DNA of 64,000 nucleotides. It comes from Flaccisagitta enflata. Its lineage: Eukaryota. Below are positions 9,380-64,000 of the stretch, piece after piece. A program made the translations under genes and the position numbers. A model generated the notes under the pieces. That model was not told where the DNA came from. It made no database searches and was given only the letters and a program-made list of their open reading frames with translations. The stretch's first letter is position 1; the number at the start of each line of letters is the position of its first letter. The DNA lies in the NCBI GenBank assembly GCA_965153355.1, contig OZ231126.1, positions 28,768,001-28,832,000 on the forward strand, given 5' to 3'.

Positions 9380-12367
9380 TTATGGAGAAGAGACTGGAAC
9401 AACTAAATTTCCGACTCATTCCCAAGAACAGTAAAAACTTGTGCTCTTCTAGAAAAAAAGAGATCCTTGTCTGTTATGGAAATTTGCTCGATGATCAGCC
9501 CCCGACACCCATTAAATAGGCCATTCCCCTTACGCCATTTAAGACTTCACGCTCCACCACGGCCTGAGCCACCCCCTTACCTCCCGAATGTAGTTATTTT
9601 CTCTACCCCGATCACGCAATCAAACTGGAATTTCGCCGCGGCCCCATGAGTGTCAGCTGCACATCATGAATAGAAAACAGCGAGGCTATCTCCGCTGCCT
9701 CCGGTAACAGCACTATCATGACTTTCTGGCCTCAAAACAGTTTCCCATATCAGACAAGTCGGTTACTACAGTATTCTTCACGTCATGCCGATCGCGATCT
9801 AACTTAACATCTGCTCACGGCCATACAACTTATTTCTCTGAGATTCGGTTTCAACTTAACAAAAAACGATTTCATAATAACATTGTTGCTACTAATTGTG
9901 AACTTAAACCGCCAATTCTTTTATTATTATTATTTGTTCCATTCATTATAATATATATATACACATTCAAAAAATTCCACACAATCACTTCGGTCAAAGA
10001 ACAACACAATGTCACTAAGGTTTTCATTTTTGTTTGTACCAAACAGCGAAATTGGGAGCAACGGAACTTTGAAGGGTGAGAGATACGGCATAAGCGCAAA
10101 TAAAACCGGAAAATATTTAAAAATTAAGAAAACCAATAAATCAATATTTACGCTAAAGCGGCAGGTGCTCAGAAGATTGCGTACATTTTTTTGATACGTT
10201 GGTAATTAAGCATATTTTTAATACCAAATGTACATACGACGTGTCGAGTTATTCTTTGTATGGACAGATAACTCCATTTTTTTCTTTTTATTTTTTTCGT
10301 TGGGTGAGAACGAGATAAATCCATTAACATTCGTAAGTTAACGCGGAAAAGCTACACAGAGTCCACGCTCCCAAGAGAGAGAAACTATATAGATAGTCGA
10401 TTAGCACTATAAAATGGTCTATCACGATTAGAGAAGAAGATATGAAATCTCAGTTAAGCCGTGTTATAACCGGGTAATTTCGTCAATTCAAAGAAAAAAG
10501 TTTGCGAAATAGGCGCAAACATGCGTGACTACAGAATGTTTGCCACTACCCAATTTCACATTATGAATACTTAGCCACACCAAAAGCGAAAACAGCATAC
10601 ACCTGCTTCAAACTCTTGCGTACGCCAGTGCAGTGACGGACGCCCATTTCTTACAGGATATCACTCTACGAAAAGTGACGATCTCACATCTTCAATAAAA
10701 TCGTGGATGCAAAGCGGCGGACAAAAACTACAATGACGCAATTATTTGACCAGACAACTAAGCAAGACATCGAACGGACGAACGAACAAACAAATAACCT
10801 GGGCAAATTTTCATTCATTTATTTCATGCATAAATTCGATGCCTCGTACGAATGAACATCCAATCATCTGTCTACATATGCGCACTAATAGAACAGGAAA
10901 GAAAAGAGCGCCGTTATCAGGCATGACAAACCCCGAAGCTCAATAGCATACAAAATTTGGAGAGAGTGTTTTACGACATGCGGTGACCATGTTTTGGTAT
11001 TACCATTTGTTAAGAAAGAGCTATACATTTTGGTCAATGTAAACTAAGTCATATACAGAAATGAAACAAGGAGATATTACTAATTCAAAAGAGTAAAACA
11101 AATTATCGATCTGGAAAAGAAGAAATCTCCGAGACGAACGTTTTGTTAGCTAGATACCAACCGGTCAAGAGATACAGACACACATTTAACACAAAAGCCT
11201 CATTCATGAAATACTGCTACTTCTGGCGCATGTTCCTCAGTTTCTCGTACAAACTACGACTAAGGAGAAAATAGCTAACTAATGGACACAAATTGGAGGG
11301 GGAATGATGGGGGGGGGAGGGAAAATAATGGGGTGGGAACTGAAACCGCGCCGCGATCAACTGATACATTGTCCGATCACTTGAAATGGCTAAGAAGGAT
11401 AAATAGAGATAAGCCAGCGTAACGATCGTGAAAACGGTACTAGTAAAAGGATCTCTCATCAGAACGTTATAGACCTGTAGACGCGCTGTTTGACGCAATA
11501 AAGAGGGAAAAAGCTACGTAACATCACTTCGATGGGAATGCTGAAATTACTTGGCGGTAGTCTTTGTTGTTTGCGGCTTTAATGCTATTTCAAATGGAAC
11601 GCAAGGAAGGGCGAGACAGACAGGAGAAAGGAAGGAAGAAAGGGAAGGGAAAGAAATAAGAAAGGTAGTTAGTTAGGAGGAAGGGAAGGGGGAGGGAAGT
11701 GTTGGGGGTAGCTTAGCTCCTACCACCCTCTGTCCCACTGTGTATATCGGAAGAGAACCGAGTTTTTAGTCCAATAATCCGATAATTGTCAACCTTGGCG
11801 GAAAAAAAGAAGCAGGGAAAGCGAACTACACAAAGGCGCGTCTAGGGCAACTTTCCCCCATTTTTCTCAGCAAACACACAAGCAGACGCTTTTTGCTTTC
11901 AATGACCATTCACGTTAGGAAAAGGGAAGGGACAGAGAGAAAGGATAAGTCGTCAATTCCCAGTGTAAACTATCCATCAGTCAGTCCGTCCGTCCGTCTG
12001 TCTAACTGACCGTTTGTTCATTGGGCTGTAAGTCCTCTTTTCAGTCCGTCCATCCCTCAGTCCAATCCACGATCATCGTCCGTTTGCCCCATCTGTCTGC
12101 ACTGACTTAAAACACATGAAGCGTATGTTAGAGAGGAGACGCGTTGGCAAGCACCACAAAAACATGAAAATAAAGTAGCAAAAGCAGGCCAGAGGGGGAG
12201 AGGAAGAGATGGTGAATCTCTTTAGGATGGGGGGGGGAGAGATTGTTGTTTAGCCATTGTTTAGTGAATTATTGAATCAATTGAGGATCCATATTCCCAT
12301 CTAGCAAGGGAACTGACACGGTTGGGGGTGGGGGCAAGGGCAGCGAGGTTGTTTAGGGGCTCATTTG

Positions 12368-60997
<48,630 letters not shown>

Positions 60998-62093
60998 CTG
61001 GACGAACAAAAGAGAGAGGAGAAAAAGAAAGATGTGATGTTTGATGTATGTTGCATTTGTCAGTAATATGTAACAATAGACATCAAAATCCGCCGCAAAA
61101 ATATTTAAAATGAAAAGGTAAAAGTTCCCTTGATAATCGGAACTCATTGTGTAATGCTTGACAAACGATAAACCATCAACCCCGGAAAGCCAACATTTAT
61201 CCATTTTTAATTCAGTTGATGTACAGCTTGTGAAAAAGTAATGGTATTGAATTCAAACCCTCTTCATGCGCCTCGGATTTTAGTTATGTCCACGAAGGGA
61301 ACAGGTCAATATCTACCGCGTGCAAATGGGTGGGTGCAACAATCCCTTGAAAACTGATTACGCCACAAGTCTCCCAGACAGGTGAACCGATGGATGGATG
61401 GATGGAAGTATGGATGGATGGATGGATGGATGGATGGATGGATGGATGGATGGATGGATGGATGTGGCTTGGAGAAAATAAACTCAATATCCAAGGTAGA
61501 AGCACCTCTCATTTACATTTTCCAAGGAAATCGAGCTTACGGGATCAAGAAGGCTGGAGTTAAAACTTACAAAAACTCGAACATGAAAAGATATTGATTT
61601 AAAATTGAATCTCTTTGCTCCTCTTTCCTCATCCCGTGTCATTTCGCTTTTGTTGACAGGCAAAAATTTCGGCAATGTAAAAACAAGGCCAAGTTTGGCC
61701 AATACGTGCGCCTCGCAGATTATGAACATATGAATGAATGAATGAATGAATGAATGAATGAATGAATGAATGAATGACTGACTGAATGAGTTCGGGAAGG
61801 ACAAAATGTATGGATGAAGAAAGGCGTGAAATCAGTCAATTTGCGTGACCAACAAGACCGACCGACCGATCGACCAACGGATCCGGACACGACCTCTAAT
61901 ACATGTGCCAGATGTGCCGAGGACGCACATTAAAACGGGAAGGAAAGACGTTTGCTAATGCCCAAATATTCGAAAATATTCCACGCTCATTCAAGGAAGG
62001 TTTACATATGAAAATATGTTAAAAGCCGATGGTAAAAAAAAACCTTTCCTTCCTTCCTGATTTCTATCCACATTATTCAAATTATTTTGATTC

Positions 62094-62145
<52 letters not shown>

Positions 62146-62203
62146 AGTGTGTGTCAGTGTGTGTCAGTGTGTGTCAGTGTGTGTCAGTGTGTGTCAGTGT
62201 GTG

Positions 62204-62540
62204 CATGGACGTAGGGGACGCCACGTCCACCACGTCCATGGACGTGGTAAAAGTCGGTCTTTAAAAACCAAGTCGGACTTGAATAAAGAGTAATTCAAGA
62301 TTGAAAAAATTTAAAATTTCATTGAAAAAGACTAAAAAAGAGAAAATTTTAGCTAAGTTTGTTTGAAATATCATAAAAAAACCTTAAAACGAAAGATTTT
62401 CATTCATAAATGATGCAAAAAGTGAAATAATTACAATCTTTTTTAAAATTTTCCCTCTTTATGTAAGTCAGTCTTGATTCTGACTCGGTCTTGAAATCCT
62501 TAGTGGACGTGGCTAACTTCAGAGCTCCCCTACGTCCATG
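62204..62540. mobile_element. hAT-like MITE inserted in a (GT)n array
   Basis: TIR CATGGACGTAGGGGA / TCCCCTACGTCCATG; flanks AGTGTGTG / ACTGTGTG. Confidence 0.8.
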
Positions 62541-62639
62541 ACTGTGTGTGTGTGTGTCAGTGTGTGTGTGTGTGTGTCAGTGTGTGTGTGTGTGTGTGTC
62601 AGTGTGTGTGTGTGTCAGTGTGTGTGTGTGTGTGTGTGT

Positions 62640-62752
<113 letters not shown>

Positions 62753-62777
62753 TGTGTGAGTGTGTGAGTGTGTGTGA

Positions 62778-62821
<44 letters not shown>

Positions 62822-63726
62822 CAAGAGATGGGGGCCAAAACTTTTTCTTACAAAAAGGTTTTGAAAGTTTTTTTCTTCAAAATCTTATTAAAATCAGGGA
62901 AGTGAATGGCCACTTTCACTAAAAGATTGCACCTGCCACAATTTCCATTTACAGGCTAGAAAAAAAAACATAAAAATGTTTGAAAGTTAAGTGAGCAGTT
63001 ATTCTCAGAACCCCTGCAGCTGACAACTTTCTCAAACACGCGCAAAACCCAATAAAGGGATGACGTGAGATTGTGGGGTGTGATGAACTGGTAGATAGGC
63101 GCTACTACATTATCACCAGTAAAAATAGACAATAAAAGGGAGATGGAATATCTTTTGTGGGGGCTTTCGACAAAGGGAACCCATGGAAACGAATACAAAG
63201 TTCGTTTGATGGTACAATACGATTAAGGACAACGAAGCATTGAAGGGGCCGAGCCGAGAGCTGAGTCAACGTTTCCTTTTCGGCTTCATCGCAATGTGAT
63301 TCTTATGCAAATTCATCATTAACACCGAATAGGATACTTTTAGATCTGAGATATATACAGACGCAGACACTTATGTGGATACAAACACTCACGCGTGTAC
63401 TTAAACACACGAAAGCAACTATGTACAGACACAGCGATAGAAAAACGCAGTGACGGACTCGCACGCACAGTGACAGAGCGACAGACACACACTAACACTG
63501 ACACACACACTGACACACACTGACTCACACAATCACACCCTGACACACACACTGACTCACACAATCACACCCTGACACACACACACAGACACACACAATC
63601 ACACCCTGACACACACCCTGACACACACCCTGACACACACCCTGACACACAAAACACACAAACACACACACAAACACACACACAAACACACACACAAACA
63701 CACACAAACACACGCAAACACACACT

Positions 63727-63824
<98 letters not shown>

Positions 63825-63833
63825 TGTATTGAA

Positions 63834-64000
63834 CAGGGGTGTATAAAGTTGAGTATTCCCCCCCCCCCCCGTGGGGGGGAAATAAAATCAAAAGGTTTGG
63901 AGATGGGGAAGAAAATCAAAAGTTTGAAAAAAAGAAAAAAGAAAATTTTTGAAGATCTAACACTTTTGGTAGTACCAAAAGGTAAAATACAATTACTTCA
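63834..64000 (+). mobile_element. Left end of a hAT-like MITE (family of 20055-21461), cut by the window edge
   Basis: CAGGGGTGTATAAAGTTGAGTATTCCCC...GAAATAAAATCAAA. Confidence 0.8.

Overview
Repeat-rich, intron-containing animal (probably invertebrate) genomic DNA; most ORFs in the track are microsatellite artefacts. Four protein-coding units could be reconstructed by hand. (1) The 3' end of a + strand class A (rhodopsin-like) GPCR: TM7 'NSSLNFLIYC', helix 8, CC, C-terminal GSMV; exons 2376-2457, 3262-3392, 8486-8641, 9198-9379. (2) Nested on the same strand in a GPCR intron, an intronless type I membrane gene (signal peptide, two Ig-like domains, S/T stalk, TM, Tyr-motif tail; 5141-7841) broken by two intact MITE insertions and a 1-nt frameshift. 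(3) The 3' part of CLASP on the - strand: 14 phase-consistent GT-AG exons, 60997 to 12368, 681 aa. (4) An F-box/LRR-like gene (24319-26815, +) nested antisense in a CLASP intron. Introns are packed with non-autonomous DNA transposons (8-bp, 9-bp and TA target-site duplications), DINE-1/HINE-like elements, a 2-kb foldback, a hAT transposase remnant, a ~2.38-kb tandem duplication and microsatellites. A recurring oddity is degenerate tandem repeats built from exon-intron junctions at three separate splice sites. No database searches were possible; family calls rest on recognised motifs.
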